Positions 1-13,850 of a stretch of DNA of 64,000 nucleotides are shown one piece after another. The stretch's first letter is position 1. Each line of letters starts with the position of its first letter. The position numbers were made by a program, and so were the translations under genes. The stretch is from Vicugna vicugna (taxonomy: Eukaryota). The stretch spans positions 248,001 through 312,000 of the forward strand of contig MU057984.1 of assembly GCA_013265495.1 (NCBI GenBank). Direction: 5' to 3'. Under the pieces are notes generated by a model that saw nothing but the letters and a program-made list of their open reading frames with translations, made no database searches and was not told where the DNA came from.

Positions 1-318
1 TATGTTGCACAAAAGAAAACAGCCAAAAAAGGGTGCACTCTGTGATTCTATTTATATACAATGCAATAAGATGCCTAAAAAGTGAAAGAAAACAGATCAA
101 TGATTGTCCAGAGCAAGGGTGACATTGGGCAGGAAGGGAGGGGAGGCAAAAGGATTAAAAATGAACACAAAGAAACTTTTGGGGGTGAAGTATATTCATT
201 ATCTGACTTGTGTCAATGGATTCATGGTTGTATATATATGTTAAAACTTCTCAACTTGTACTTTGACTATGTACAACTTATTGCATGTCAATTATACTGC
301 AATGAAGCTGTTAAAAAT
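1..318 (+). mobile_element. Old L1 (L1MC/L1ME-like) 3' UTR end
   Basis: Typical old-L1 tail motifs: 'gaaacttttgggggtga', 'tgtcaattatactgcaatgaagctgttaaaaa'. Confidence 0.75.
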
Positions 319-1212
319 ACACTATATGTTTCAGATACCTACCTACTTGTTTCAGATACCTACACTATATGTTTACACCTACCACTTCTGAGCAGGATAA
401 TGACACAAACTGAGAACTGTCACCCCAAACTGGAAGTACTGTATAAGTACAATATGTAAGTGAAGTTTACAGTTCACCAATGAGTATCATCATCATATTG
501 AAATACCTCGTCATCAGATTGAAATACCCAGAAGACTTTTATCTATCTATCTAAAATCTCTATTTATCTACATCTCCTCTTAGTTCCATAAAGCCATGCA
601 TGCTTCATTGATATCAAATATAATAGTTTGCTCATTTGTTTGGATTTACTGCATTGTAAAAGTGGCTTAAGTCTCCATGTAAAGTCTTCACTTTTTTTCA
701 TTTAATTTAAAATGTATTTCTATGATTAATTTCTGTATGAGATAAAAATGAATCTAGCATTAAAAAGCATCCTTAGGCCCCATCCATGCAATAAAAAGGG
801 GAGGATCATTTTTTAGAAAAGTGCGTAGTAGTAAGAGGCAAATGTTTAAGTACTTGGAAAATTTTCTGAAGTAGTTTCATGTTAACAAAAAAAATTTAAA
901 AGACAAAAAAAAGTTTTAAAGTTTCAGAATATCTGAATGATTTTCTAACCCTAGTAATTTCAATAGGTCATGTTTAATTTTTCAGAAATTAGAAAGTATT
1001 TTTGAAGGATGCTCTGAATTTGAAAATTTTCATAAAAGTGTATGAATAAATCATAGGCAATAAACCCATCTGAGATTCTTTTTTTTCCCCCTCTGAGATT
1101 CTTAAGTAAAAATTTTACATGAGAAAAGCCAAGAATTTGCCAAATCATATTTTCATTTTCCTATAAATAACTTCTTACAAAATACACAAACTCTTTTGAC
1201 CAGTAAAGCAGG

Positions 1213-1214
<2 letters not shown>

Positions 1215-1248
<34 letters not shown>
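1215..1248. repeat. (AC)17 microsatellite
   Basis: Read directly from the sequence. Confidence 0.97.
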
Positions 1249-1251
<3 letters not shown>

Positions 1252-2429
1252 AGGAGGGATAAGACAAAGAGGTGAGGAAATGAGAGAGAAAGTTTTATAT
1301 TCTCAATAATAATTATATGCATATACATATATATCTCAGTAGTTCAAAATTCAAATACAAAGATTTTAACCAGAATATCATGGGTGGATTTGGAAACCAC
1401 TGGAGCGTTCTTCCAAAAGCAATCTTAATTTATATTCAATGGAACATCTACAGCCTGCCTTGCACTCCCAGGGAGAACTATGTCTTTAATACATAATCAA
1501 CAATCACAAATGAGGGTTGTGCCAATTAACTGTGGGCCCCACGGCAAACATTGGAATTGTGGGAGTGTCTCCTTCAGCTTGACAGAGTATATGCAACTTT
1601 CAAATTAAATCTTCCTTGTTCTCATATTTTATTGTACTCCTATTATTGCTCTAATAAGCAATTTTTAAAATATTTTAGAAATAATTTTATTTGGAAACAT
1701 ATTTCTTCTTCCATTTGATACTGACTGGATACCTGCTGCTGGGTGCCAGGTGCTGGCCTGGAGGCCAGGGCTAGCCTGGCACTCAAAGGACAGACCAACC
1801 CGTGCAAAGGCAGAAAATGCAGGATATACCATCACACATTGATCTACTAACACACACGTAGACCTTGAGACTATAGTTAATGTTGATTGTGATTTTGGGG
1901 TCAGCGCAGCAAGAATAAGTCTAGTGTTCACAAGCCTCCAGGGGTAATACCATGCAGGTGGCTAGAGCTTTCACGAAACATCAGAGCAGAGGCTGCCTGG
2001 GAAAGAAGAAATGGTGAAAGCAAACAGGAGAGCCAAGGGGACCATGAGAGGATCCAAACAAACCCAATTCATTCTCTCTGCAGTGCCTCAAGGCCCTGCT
2101 TTTGCCAACCATTTCTTTCACCTAAAAGAGCATGAAAATGCTTTATTACATTTAGAGCAGTCAACACTTGTTTGGAAAGGCCAGTGGCATTTAATCTGTT
2201 TTTATGCTTCTATAACTATGCACAGTCCACGACCCTGGTGGGAACAAGCCAGCAAGATCCAAAATCAGTTTCAGCCAAGCTTTCGATAGCACCCTCCCTG
2301 GTATTTTCAATGAGACAAAGTAGGAGAGAGTGGGGACAAAAAAAGCACTAAATCCTCTCATACATCCATAACATGTTAGGGAATTTTCAAAAATGGGAGT
2401 TAGTATATTAAGTAAGAGTCATAAACATT

Positions 2430-2620
2430 AATTGAGTACCTAGTAGACAAACACTTTCCACATACACATATGGGCACATTTTTATGCCCATAACTACCCT
2501 GAAAGGTTAGCTATTATCTATATTTTACATCTAAGAAAACTGACATTCAGTGAGGTTAAGTATATTATCAAGGTCACATTACCAGGGAATGATATAATTG
2601 GAGGCTAAAGTCATACGTGA
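2430..2620 (-). mobile_element. MIR SINE relic
   Basis: 'attttacatctaagaaaactgacattcagtgaggttaagta...caaggtcaca' matches the MIR core. Confidence 0.7.
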
Positions 2621-5409
2621 CTTACGAACAAGTTCCTTTGCAACACAACAGTAATATAAGAAACAGCAAAGTAAAAGATGTGCAGTTTTGCCACTGCAAC
2701 ATAGTGGTTAGGATAAATACACTGCCTAAACTTTAAATAAAAAATGCAAATTTAAATAGCACTACTTTTGCTCAGCAGCACAGTCTGAAAATCCAGGTAA
2801 CAAACAGGCTTCTCATCACATACAATATTAGAAATCAAATTCTGAACTGAATTTGTATTTCAAAGATGGCAACTGGGAGTACATATCTTTCTGGATAGGG
2901 CATTAAATCAGAGAGTAGCGGGATGCCAAATATAAAAACTGTTTCTATCTTGTTTAAACATAGGTCTAACATAAGAACTTTATTATGCACACATTAAGCA
3001 TTTGTTTTGACATTAAACAGAAGTTTATCAAGAAGAAATTTTAAAAAGTCTTCAGCAAAGCTAACTAAAGGTTTGTTTGCAGTTGTTTTCAAAAGGCTTT
3101 CTTGTGCCAGTGTCATAATAGATCTCATTCCAGCATAAGATCTTCCGAATTGCAAATCTACAGAAATGAATCTTAGCTATAATTCACAGTTGTGTTGAAC
3201 TGAATGAATACAAGTGAAAAAGCAAGTAAAGAAGCACTTTCTTTCAGCTGCTATTGGGAAAAATACAAGGTAATTGTGGGCTACGTTGACATGATCACTG
3301 TTATCTACTTACTGGAGCTATCAGCTTGTCAAGGGTCCCGGATATAAGAGAAAATTTAAAACCACTTTATCATGAATGTTCAGGGTAGAGACTAAATTTA
3401 CTAACTTGACTAGAAACCATCTTAAAACGTGGGTTCTCTGTGTTTAGTTTGCTAATGTAGAATAAACAAAATGCCTTAGGGACTGCACTGAACTGTGTCC
3501 ATACGGCGTTCTGTAACATCTAAATACTTAACACTGTTAAGTAAATATTTTATGAAAATATTCTTTAAAACATTTTCAATGTGTTTTATTTTTTTAAACT
3601 GAGGTAACATTAACATATAACATTGTATTAGTTTTAGGTATAAACATATTCTTGTTGTGTAATGTTTAGAGATAATTTTAAGCCATCACGCTATGATAAA
3701 TATATTAAATGATTTCAGCCTGATTTTTGTTCATACATTTATATGACTCATAATTCAAGTAATAACCCCTGTTATTGCCTTTCTCTGTTGGACTTCTGTC
3801 AACTCTGTGGACAAAGAGAAGATATTCAACTACCCAAGTTTCTCTCCCCACCCCTTTCTGGGATCACAAGTAAATGTCATTAACGATAGTAAGAATTTCT
3901 AAAGGCTTTTCCCTTGGAGATGAAACTCTGTTGCTCACAAGTAGGAGTTCATAAGGGATAATTATGAAGTCTGAGGTTGAAAAAAATCAACTGCACTAGT
4001 TAACAGTAAGATAAAAGCTGTTTAAAAATATTTAGGGGTTGCCATTTTGACAATTTATTGGAAGAGATAGAGAAACTTCTCTCAACTGAAAATTTTAAGT
4101 TAAATACACATACAAGCTTAGAAAGCAGAAATCCACACTACTGAGTTCTCACTGGAGATGGTAATTGTTCTGGGACACGGGCTACTCTGTGGTGGCGTGG
4201 AGTCTTGCCTTTCAGGGCCATAACTGGGAATCAGAGAACAAAACTGTCAGCTAAGGAGCCCATGCTTGTATGGTTTGGGGCTCAGATTTCACATTATATT
4301 TTTGGACTACCAAACCCCAAATTAATTATTTAGTTTCACAGCTCTTCATCTCTCTTCACAGAAAAGGGGCCCTAGAGGTATCCCTACAAGTTTAGACAGT
4401 CATCTGCATGTTGTTATTAAAATTTGCTTTTTCAAGTCCTATTGTGACCCTGATATACACAAGCTGAAGTCCACTGAGTTGATTAGTGCATCCTCGTAAG
4501 GAACTCAGAAGAGTTATGCTAAAGATAGGTGCTCTATGTATATCATTGAAGAGCAATTGGAGCAAATTATTAGAAAAATATATGTTGTTTATATCAAATT
4601 GTACAATCTTAATTCTTACACGCACAAGTTCATTTTCTTAGTGCTATATTGGCAGTGAGTGGCTCTGTGTTGTGAACATGCATGCTTATAGCCAACTCTA
4701 AATCATATTGGTGAATCATACTATGTTACTGCAATCAAAATAAGTTTAAGGATTATAGTTACTAAAGTATAGGCTAACCACTAAGACCTAATCATCTTCA
4801 CCTAAATATTGGTCTTGTGCAAGAAATCAAGCTTCTACCTGAGACAAATGGAAATTTAGTTGCATATTTCACTACTACAAATAAGCGACAGGCCATTACT
4901 ACATTTCCATGTATTGTTACATATTAATCCTGGAATAATGGACACTGATACTAGCTTTTTGCATTCTAATGACTAGAGAGGTCATTTTCCGGTTGTCAAG
5001 GAGAGAATTAAGCCATCATGTTTTAATGTACTTAGTGATTAACACATTTCTGTCTTCACACATGCTGTTTTTGTTTGTGTGGTTTTGTGTATCTATTTTC
5101 CTTTAAGGTTCAACATATTTATATCTAGGTTGACTGATACAGTATTTTTCCATTTTTCTTAAATTTACTGACACAAAAAGATAATAATGAAATCAAGATA
5201 GAACTGGGCTTTCCCTAACTAGCAAATCTTTCCTGCTAATCACTTCTCTCTCACAGTTAATGCTGTCACCATCCTTAAAGGTGCTCCCCATCAGAAGTAC
5301 ATTTGATTCTCCTTTCTCTCTTATCTCTCCGTATTCAGTCTTCATCAAATGCAGCTGTGGTGGACCCTATGCTGCATCAATCATACTCCTTTTCAGGAAT
5401 GAAGGGCTT

Positions 5410-5936
5410 ATTTCTGTTGCTACAAGGACTGATGCTGGAAGATGACCACTAGGTCAGCCCCCTTTCAGCATCGCCTGGCATGAAAAAAAAAAAAAAAAAA
5501 AAAAGGCAGGGGAAGAGGATGGGAGAAGAATGAAGGCTTTTCCTNNNNNNNNNNNNNNNNNNNNNNNNNNNNNNNNNNNNNNNNNNNNNNNNNNNNNNNN
5601 NNCCTGGCATGAAAAAAAAAAAAAAAAGCCTCATCCAAGGTCAAACTTCCTTCCACACATAGCCCACTTTCAATGATTGATCAACACAGCAGCATAAAGG
5701 CCCACTATACTTCTAATCTGGGACAATGCCAAAGGGCCATTCTAGCTTCAGAGCTCCCAGTGAGTTGATTAAAAGCCTTCACTGTGCTTGTCTGGAAATC
5801 CAACTTCTCCCTTTGGTCAATATACTTTCAGACATTTCCTTTCACAAGTGTTGATCACAATATATTCCCTAATAAATGTCCTGTAGGTTAAGCTCCCATC
5901 TCAGAGTTTGATTCCCTGGAAACCCAAGCTGCTAAA
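5410..5936 (+). mobile_element. Old ERVL-class LTR (LTR16/LTR33-like), interrupted by an A-run and the N gap
   Basis: Ends 'aataaatgtcctg...catctcagagtttgattccctggaaaccca', typical of LTR16-type 3' ends. Confidence 0.55.
5545..5602. other. Assembly gap (58 N)
   Basis: Read directly from the sequence. Confidence 0.99.
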
Positions 5937-6214
5937 ATATCATTTTCCACTGTTATTTCTCTTGAACCTTCCCTTCTGTTTTTTCACCCACTATCACTGG
6001 CCTAGTTCCGTCTGCCATTAACTCTCATTTAGAATGATAAATCTTAACTTTTTGTTCCACAGCCAAAAAGGCATCCAAATTTAAATTTCCCATAAGCACA
6101 CTTCAAAAATGGTTGCAGCTCACTGCAGGCTGTCTGATAATTCCAAATCCATGCATTTCTCAAAATTTCCACCTACCAATCAATATGCTATGACACTGAC
6201 TTTAGTATATGCTA

Positions 6215-6598
6215 CCTGTGACTCAGTGCCCCATGAAACCCCCCCTACAGTTTCCATACACATCAGTGGTTTCCTAAGACTCTCTTCCAGTGGGGATTCA
6301 CTGCCATGGGGATCTGCCCTAAGAACAAACTTTAGTCACTGATGGATAGGTGTTAGTGGATGACCACCCCAATATCCTTACCCTTCAGTATGACAATTCT
6401 CTCAGAAAGTTCCCAGTGATGTTCGCCAGTTCTCAGCAGTAATCTGATACCTAGCTTACTTTTTATTGACTTTCTCCCTTCAGCATCTAACTTCCCCATT
6501 CTGTCAGTGTGCTTCCTGTGATCATCTCTCAAATAAACTACTCACAATTAAACTCTTTTCTCTGGGTCTGGTTTTGAGAGAAGAAGCACAAACTAATA
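6215..6598 (+). mobile_element. Old ERVL-class LTR (LTR16-like)
   Basis: 'aataaactactcac...ctctgggtctggttttgagag...caaactaa' 3' end. Confidence 0.5.
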
Positions 6599-7558
6599 CT
6601 GAGAACTGATCAACCAGAATATTGCTAAAGGCCCCTAAATGATCTGTCTGATATATCTGCCCTCTCTTGCACCTCCTGTTTTATATACTACCTTCAGATA
6701 TTTCTTTCTAAAACTCAGTTGATTCATGCCCCTCAGAAACCTTCAATGGCTCCCCCTGCCATAAGAAGTAAAACAAAACTTGGTCTAACAAAGTCTGCCT
6801 GTATTTCTGTCCATCACTCTGCATTGGCAACCACAAACACACACTCCAGACACATTCCTCTCTCTGTCTTCTATTTACAGAAAGCATCTCTGTGTTTTCA
6901 GTAAGGTTGTTTCCTTTGCTGAAATGCCCTCCCCACCATATTGGCTGATAAATCCAGCTCATCCTTCAAGGTTCAGATCAAACCCCTAAGAAGCCTTCTC
7001 AGACACCCATTGTTAGGGTTAATATTTCCTACCATGCTTCCTAGTGCCATGTTTAAACTTCTGGTGTATGGGTGTGTATCTTGTATTGAGATGATTTATG
7101 GGTATCTATTTCCACCACCAGATATGAACCTAGGAGGCAGGAGCCATATGACATCTTCGTATCCAGCGGTCATATTTGAGATAATTAACAAACCTATATT
7201 CCAGCTCTGACCAATCAGAAAGGACAATGGATCAAAGTCCTGAGGCACCTTTACGAGTCATGTGTTAACCGTTTAGTTGCTGCTGAATTGTTGGGAAGTC
7301 CGGGGGGGGGGGCCTAAGGGAGGGGCTGTGGTGGCTAGAGTCAAAATTTACATCATAGTGGCACTCAAACAACTAAGTATAGGAGGAAAAGCATTTGTTA
7401 AAATATTTTAACAAACAGTATAACTGGTTGAATGTCAGCTTTGTTCAAAACTACTGTACTTAACAAGGCTTTCCAAATTACAGGTCTTTTGTAAATGACT
7501 GTTATATAATTAAGAACAGAATTGAAAATGGGCACAAAGTTTTTTTTTAAGACCACTG

Positions 7559-7560
<2 letters not shown>

Positions 7561-7590
<30 letters not shown>
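7561..7590. repeat. (AC)15 microsatellite
   Basis: Read directly from the sequence. Confidence 0.97.
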
Positions 7591-7592
<2 letters not shown>

Positions 7593-9634
7593 ACATATTT
7601 CTCTAACCAGCACAAATAGGAACATTCTCATATATGTATGAAAAATTTAGTCTAGTTTTCTTTATGTTATATCAGATTAACAACTGTTCAGAAGCAATTA
7701 CATTTTTATCTCTTAAAATATTATAAAAACCTTCCAACAGTAATATCAATAAAAATGGAATTTGCCTTCTTTACAGGCTTAGCTTGTCCAAGTCGTAACA
7801 GCAACATTAATCCAACTATAAGGGACCGCCCTGGGAAGAACAATCATCATCATGTCTTGTAAATATTTTTCAAAATTATGAAGCCTGTAAAATCTCTTGT
7901 GTAGCCAGCAATATTGACTAATTCATCTTCACTTAACTGTACCCTAAGTTGCCTTTAACGTCCCCAAATTTCTTCTAAAATCCTTCAAACCAGCATGTTA
8001 AAAGAGTCCATATCTGATCAGTGAAAATATGTTTTGAAACTTTATGGTCTCAGAAATTCTGCCAAAATCAACAAAAAATGACTATACAAAGGAAAAACAT
8101 TAAATCTGATTACTGAGTTCTTACCTCCATTTCTGTAACTTTAAGAGTCTGATTCATGAATCAGGGACTCTGTTTTATTTAAGAGAGTCCCAAACATTCC
8201 TAATTCAACAATGTTCCACACTGTGAGTTCCTCTTATGTTCCTTCTCACACACAGCTGACCTCACTGCCTTCCATAGAACAGGAAACTCAGATTTACTAT
8301 GTTTATCAAAAATAGTAATGGCAATTCTGAATGACCTGCTCCCCTTTATAAAAGACTCATTAAAATTCTACAGCTAAGGAAAATCCATCATTAGGATTGT
8401 TATTTGATGATGAAAATAAAAACCAAAACTTGTATTTCTTAAAACCACTTCAAATCTTCAACTTACATTAAAAATGGCAAAAGTATGCTACTTTATTGAA
8501 ATGCTTGGAATAGGCTCAGTCTAGCTCAAAATCTACTTGTCACGCAGAGAATTATATATGGGCTTCATAAAGCCAAATGCCTGAGAAGTGACGGGAAGCT
8601 TTCAGAAGATGCTAACAGCTATGACTATGGTGACATGTGAGGTCAAGCCAAATGGAAGCAGAGAGTAGGGGTAGGTGGGCTGGCTCTTCACTCACAGCAT
8701 ATTCTATCGCAGTGGGAGTAACTGGATCATTGTGGGTGCCATTCTGAAATTTTCCTTTTGCTTGTTAATAGCACCGGCATTCAGCCCACTCTCTTCCTTG
8801 GAGCAGCCCTCTATACCTCCTATGCTAGGAACAGACCCTTCCCTAAAACATTCTTTGCTGAGGCAAGCAAGGATGAGAGGCTAGGACTTCCAGAGAGTAC
8901 AAGATTGCTACTGGCTGCATGCTTTCTACACTTGTAAATTGTATCCACTTACCTACATTTTAATAATTTCCTCAGCAGGATCTAGTTATCATGGGGCATT
9001 TAATTCTCCCCCAGAAAGGATAACTTATTCCTCTGCTGAATTACAGTCACTCAACTCTTCCTTGTTACTCTTCTACACTTCTCACTTCCTCTCCCAACAA
9101 AAGCTTGTAGGAATACCCCTCACTCCCATTTTCAAGCAAGCAATTCTATTCAGGGACCATTAGGGCAATTTGTATAAATGAATGCTTTATTAAAGAGAAA
9201 GGAAGAAAACTTCACACATATCAAAGTCTTTAACCAATTTCTCATGTATCAATTAAGCATATGTACATGTTTTTAGAATACCTAGTCCTATAAACAGATA
9301 TTGTCATAGGATGCTGTCTGGTTTATAAACTGGTTTATTATTTGAAAGTATTTGTCACAATTTTAAATGTAAAGGTCTTAACTAAATACTTCTGCTTCTA
9401 AGAATAGGTCCCCAAAATAAATTCAAATAAATGGACAAAAGAGTAAAGCATTAGACTTGAAATGTATGCTCCAAAGCTCTGATTATTTAGAAAGGTAATG
9501 ACTGAAATGGAAAACTAACTTTCCCTCTGGTTTATTTATTAGAAAGGGGAAATGTAAATTACATTTTAATTTCTTCTCATCATGCATCTTTCCCAGTATG
9601 GTGGCTAATAATATTTTATTAATGATTTTGTTAC

Positions 9635-9746
9635 CTTTGAATATACCACGTTTCCAAGGGCACACATGTAGAATATATGGAGCAGGATTCTCAGGGTCTA
9701 GGGTGATGTCTGGCTTTCCCCACACCATTGGAAGATCTGAAGACAC
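9635..9746 (-). CDS. CFAP47: CFAP47 internal exon, 112 nt: VSSDLPMVWGKPDITLDPENPAPYILHVCPWKRGIFK
   Basis: Acceptor ctcttttctag|GTG, donor AAAG|gtaaca; phase 0 to 1. Confidence 0.93.
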
Positions 9747-10089
9747 CTAGAAAAGAGAATTCAAAAACAGGAATTATATAATGTTAAGATTTACATGAAA
9801 TCAGTGTAACAAGCTAGAGCATAGAAAAAAATGAAATTTCACTTAAATACTTCCATGAAAACTGTTCACTTTTAAATGAAAAGCAAACCAGGAAAACAAT
9901 ACATACGGGAGAAGAAAAATCTGAGATCTAGGGAAAAAGAGAACAAATGAAATGATTCTCACAAAAAGAACAATGTTTACTTCCTCTTGCTACTTGCAAT
10001 AAGATCACTGATGCTTAGAGTATCTTTTACAGGCCATGCACTATTTTCTTTATGCAATTTGATGTACAAAAGATGAACCATTTCAATGA

Positions 10090-12400
10090 ATTTCTACATC
10101 AACTTTATTATAGCATATAAATGATACTTAAGCAGCATTTGACCACAACTCTGGTTTGTGAAATGCCACTTTCATTTTACTGAGTGCTTCTATCTTGTCA
10201 CCGCCACTGCCCGGGCAAACACTAATCTACTTTGTCCCACTATAGATTTGCCTATTTTTAACAATTTATAGAAAAGAAATCACACAGTATGTGATCTTTT
10301 GTAACTAGCTTTTTCCTCACTTAGCATAATGTTTTCAAGGTTCATCCATGTGGTGGTGTGTATCAGGACATCATTTCTTTGTACTGATGAAGGGTATTAA
10401 ATTGAATGAAAGCCACATTTTGTATATCCATTGATAAGCTGAGGGAAATTTGGGGTGTTTCCATTTTTGTCTAGTATGAACAATGCTGCTATGAAAACAT
10501 GTACAAGTTTTTGACTAGACATAGATTTTCATTTCTCTAGACATGTGGACATATATCTACGAGTGGAATTGCTGGGACATGATAAATGGATGTTTAACGT
10601 TTTAAATTACTACTTTTCAAAATTCTTTTCGAAAATGGCTGTACCTTTTTTCTTTCCCACCAACATTACATTATTGTTCCTATTTTTCTACATCGTTTCT
10701 CAAACTTTTCATTGTCTGTTATTTTGATCATAGCCATCCTAGTGAGTGGTATCTCCTTGTGATTTTGATTTGCACTTCCCTCAGATTAATAATGCTGAGT
10801 ATCTTTTCATGTGCTTATTGTTCATTTACATATTCTTTCAGGGAACTGTCTCTTCAAATTCTTCACACATTTTATAAAATGTGTTACTTGTCATTTTATT
10901 ACCAAATTTTAAGAGATGTTTATAAATTCTAGAAACAAGGCCCTTATCAGATACATTGATATTTTCTCTCATTCTGTGGGTTGCTTTCTCTTTTTTTTTC
11001 CAGGTATCATTTGAAGCACAAACATTTCAACTTTGAAGTCCAATTTATTTACTGTTTTGGCCCTTGTGCTTTTGATGTCATAGCTTTAAAAGTAACTGCC
11101 TAACTCAAGGTCATGAATATTTACTCCTATGTTTTGTTCTATTATTTTTATAGTTTTAGCTGTTAAATTGTAGTCTATGATCCATTTTGAGTTGACTTTT
11201 ACACGTGGTACAAGCTAGGGGTCCAAATTCATTCTTTTGTATATGACTATAGACTTGTCTTAGCATCATTATTTAAACAGACTATTTTGTCTCATTGAAT
11301 TCTCTTGGTAACCTTGTCGAAAATTGAATGGCCATTATTAAAAAATGCCTGTTTCTGGACATTCTATTCTATTCCATTCATCTACATGTCCACCTTATGC
11401 CAATTTTCTTTAATATGATAGTTCTGTACTTAAGGGTTTGTAGGAAGTTTTAAAATCAGAAAGTGTGAGTCATCCAATTTTTTTCTTATTTCATGAGATT
11501 ACCTTGGCTCTTCTCTGTCCCTTGCATTTCTATATGAATTCTGAGATTGTTTTATCAAGTTCTGCAAACACATCAGTTGGGATTTTGACATTGTGTTGCA
11601 CTTGTGTATGTTTGGGTGACGCTGTCATCATAACACTATTATGCTTTCTGATCCATGAGCCTGGGATGTCTATTTATTTAGAATTTCTTTAATCTTCAAT
11701 AATATTTTGCAGTTTTCAGTGTATAAATCTTTACCTTCTTTCGTCAAACTTGTTCCTAAGCATTTTATTCTTTTTGGTACTATTATAAATGGTCATTAAT
11801 TTCATTTTGGATTGTTCATCACTAGTGTATAGAGATGATTGAATTTTGTATACTGATCTTATTTCCACAAATCGTCTGAATTAATTTATTAGGTATAATA
11901 GTATATTTAGTGGATTTGGTATAGTTTTCTATTTATAAGGTCATGATATTTACAAATAGAAATTGTATGATTTCTTCCTTTTCATTGTGCATGACTTTAT
12001 TTTCTGTTCTTAACTAACTGCACCAGCTGGTACCCTCTAGTATAATGTTGAACAGAAGTGTCAAGAGTCGAAATCCTTGTCTCATTCCTAACCATAGGGA
12101 AAGTCATTCAATGTTTTACTAATAAGTATGATGTTAGCTGTAGAATATTCATGGTGTCTTTTAGGATGTTTCAAGCACACATGGAATACTATCTAGGATA
12201 GTCCATGTCTTAGGACATAAAAGAAGCCTCAATAAATTTAAAAGGGCTAGAATCATACACAGTACGTTTCTGACAACAACAGAATTAAATTAGAAATCAA
12301 AAATGGAAAGAAATTTGGGAAATCCTTAAATAGGTGGAATTTAAAACAACAGTCTTAAATAACCAAGAAATCTCAAGGGAAATGAGAAAATATCTTGAGC
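10090..12400 (-). mobile_element. L1 (L1M-type), 3' UTR plus ORF2 3' part on the minus strand, with an inverted plus-strand ORF2 segment at about 12170-12400
   Basis: Minus-strand L1 motifs ('caaggttcatccatgt', 'gattttgatttgcacttccc', 'tgatccattttgagtt'), then plus-strand 'cacatggaatactatctaggatag...ctcaataaattt' from the end of the endonuclease region. Confidence 0.85.
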
Positions 12401-12884
12401 CCATATAGTGAATGATTCTTTTCTTTTACTGTATTTTCAACTCCAGAGGTTTTTTTTTTTATCATTTCTATTTATTTACTGATATTACCTGCTTACTGAA
12501 GCTTTTAATTCTTCAAATAAGATTTAGTTTAGTTCACTGAATGTATTTACAAAGGCTTTATTATAAAGTCTCTACCCAGTAATCCAACATGTGGGCTCCT
12601 TCAGAGACAACTTCTAAAGATTGCTTACTTTCTTGTGTATGGGTCATACTTTTCTGTTTGTTTCCTTTTTGTGTCATAATTTTTGTTGCTGAAAAATGTA
12701 GATTTTTATATAGGATAATGTGGTCATTTTTGAAATCAGATCACTATCTCATCATGGTTTGTTTATGCTGCTCTTGTTTTTGTTGTTTTGTTATTTGTTG
12801 ATTTAGTGATTTTTCTGGACTAAGTCTATGAATTCCACAATCATTGTCGTGTGTGCCCACTGAATAGATTAGTGGTCAGCAGTG

Positions 12885-13479
12885 CAAGCATATCTTGTAT
12901 TACTGTGCTTCGCTTAATTGTATTTATTTTTTACCAGTGGAAGGTGTGTGTCAACTTTGTGTCAAGCAATAGGTGCCATTCTTCCAACAGCATTTGCTCA
13001 CTTCATATCTCTGTGTCACATTTTGCTAATTCTTGCAATATTTCAAACTTTTTCATTAATATTATATTTGTTATGGTGATCTGTGACCAGTGATCTTTGA
13101 TGTTACTATTGTAATTGTTTTGTCATTTTTCAGCAATTAATTACTTTAAAAAAATTTTTTTTTTTTTTGGTGGGGAGAGGTAATTAGGTTTATTTAGTTT
13201 TGGAGGAGGTACTGGGGATTGAACCCAGGACCTTGTACATGCTAAGCATACGCTCTACCACTTGAGCTATACTCTCCCCCCAATCAAGTATGTTTTAATG
13301 AAGGTGTATACATTGTTTTTTTTTTTAAAGACAACATGTTACTGCATACTTCATAAATTACAGTAAAGTATAACCATAACTTTTAGATGTATTGGGAAAC
13401 CAAAAATTTCACTTTATTGTGACATTCACTTTATTTCGGTGGTCTGGAACCAAACCCAAATATTCCTGAGGTATGCCAG
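12885..13479 (+). mobile_element. Internally deleted Tigger1 DNA transposon (TcMar), with a SINE inserted
   Basis: 5' 'caagcatatct...ccaacagcatttgctcacttcatatctctgtgtcacatttt' and 3' 'ggtggtctggaaccaaaccc...ctgaggtatgccag' followed by TA. Confidence 0.88.
13155..13280 (-). mobile_element. tRNA-Ala-derived SINE (camelid Vic-1-like), inside Tigger1
   Basis: Reverse complement reads 'ggggagagtatagctcaagtggtagagcgtatgcttagcatgtacaaggtcctgggttcaatccccagtacctcc' with A/B boxes and an A-tail. Confidence 0.88.
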
Positions 13480-13700
13480 TAACTTGTCACAGGTTTCTTT
13501 AAATGCCCGAAACAGTAAATCTTCTACCATTAGTCAAGGAGCATGGCATATGTGCTGTGGCACACCTTCAGCACTCGGGTAGTTTACAACTCTACTTTGG
13601 CCTTAATTTCCAGCGATTGTGGTTGCAAGATTGTGGGGCTGAGGAGAGTGGCCAAGTCAAAATGCTACAAATCACCCTGCTCTTACCAAAATTCAGAGGG

Positions 13701-13850
13701 TTTTTTTTTTTTAAAAATAACTTTATTTGTTTTCTTTGGGGGGGGGGAATAATTAGGTTTACTTATTTATTTAATGGAGGTACTGGGGATTGAATCCAGG
13801 ACCTTGTGCATGCTAAGCACGCACTCTACCACTGAGCTATACTCTCCCCT
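13701..13850 (-). mobile_element. tRNA-Ala-derived SINE (Vic-1-like)
   Basis: Same tRNA-like head; degenerate TSD tcagaggg(t)n / tcagaag(t)n. Confidence 0.88.

Noticed and set aside
7800..7890. Possible next CFAP47 exon after acceptor-like gattttacag|GC
   Set aside because: In the required phase it reads GFIILKNIYKT then stops, with no donor before the stop. The next exon probably lies outside the window.
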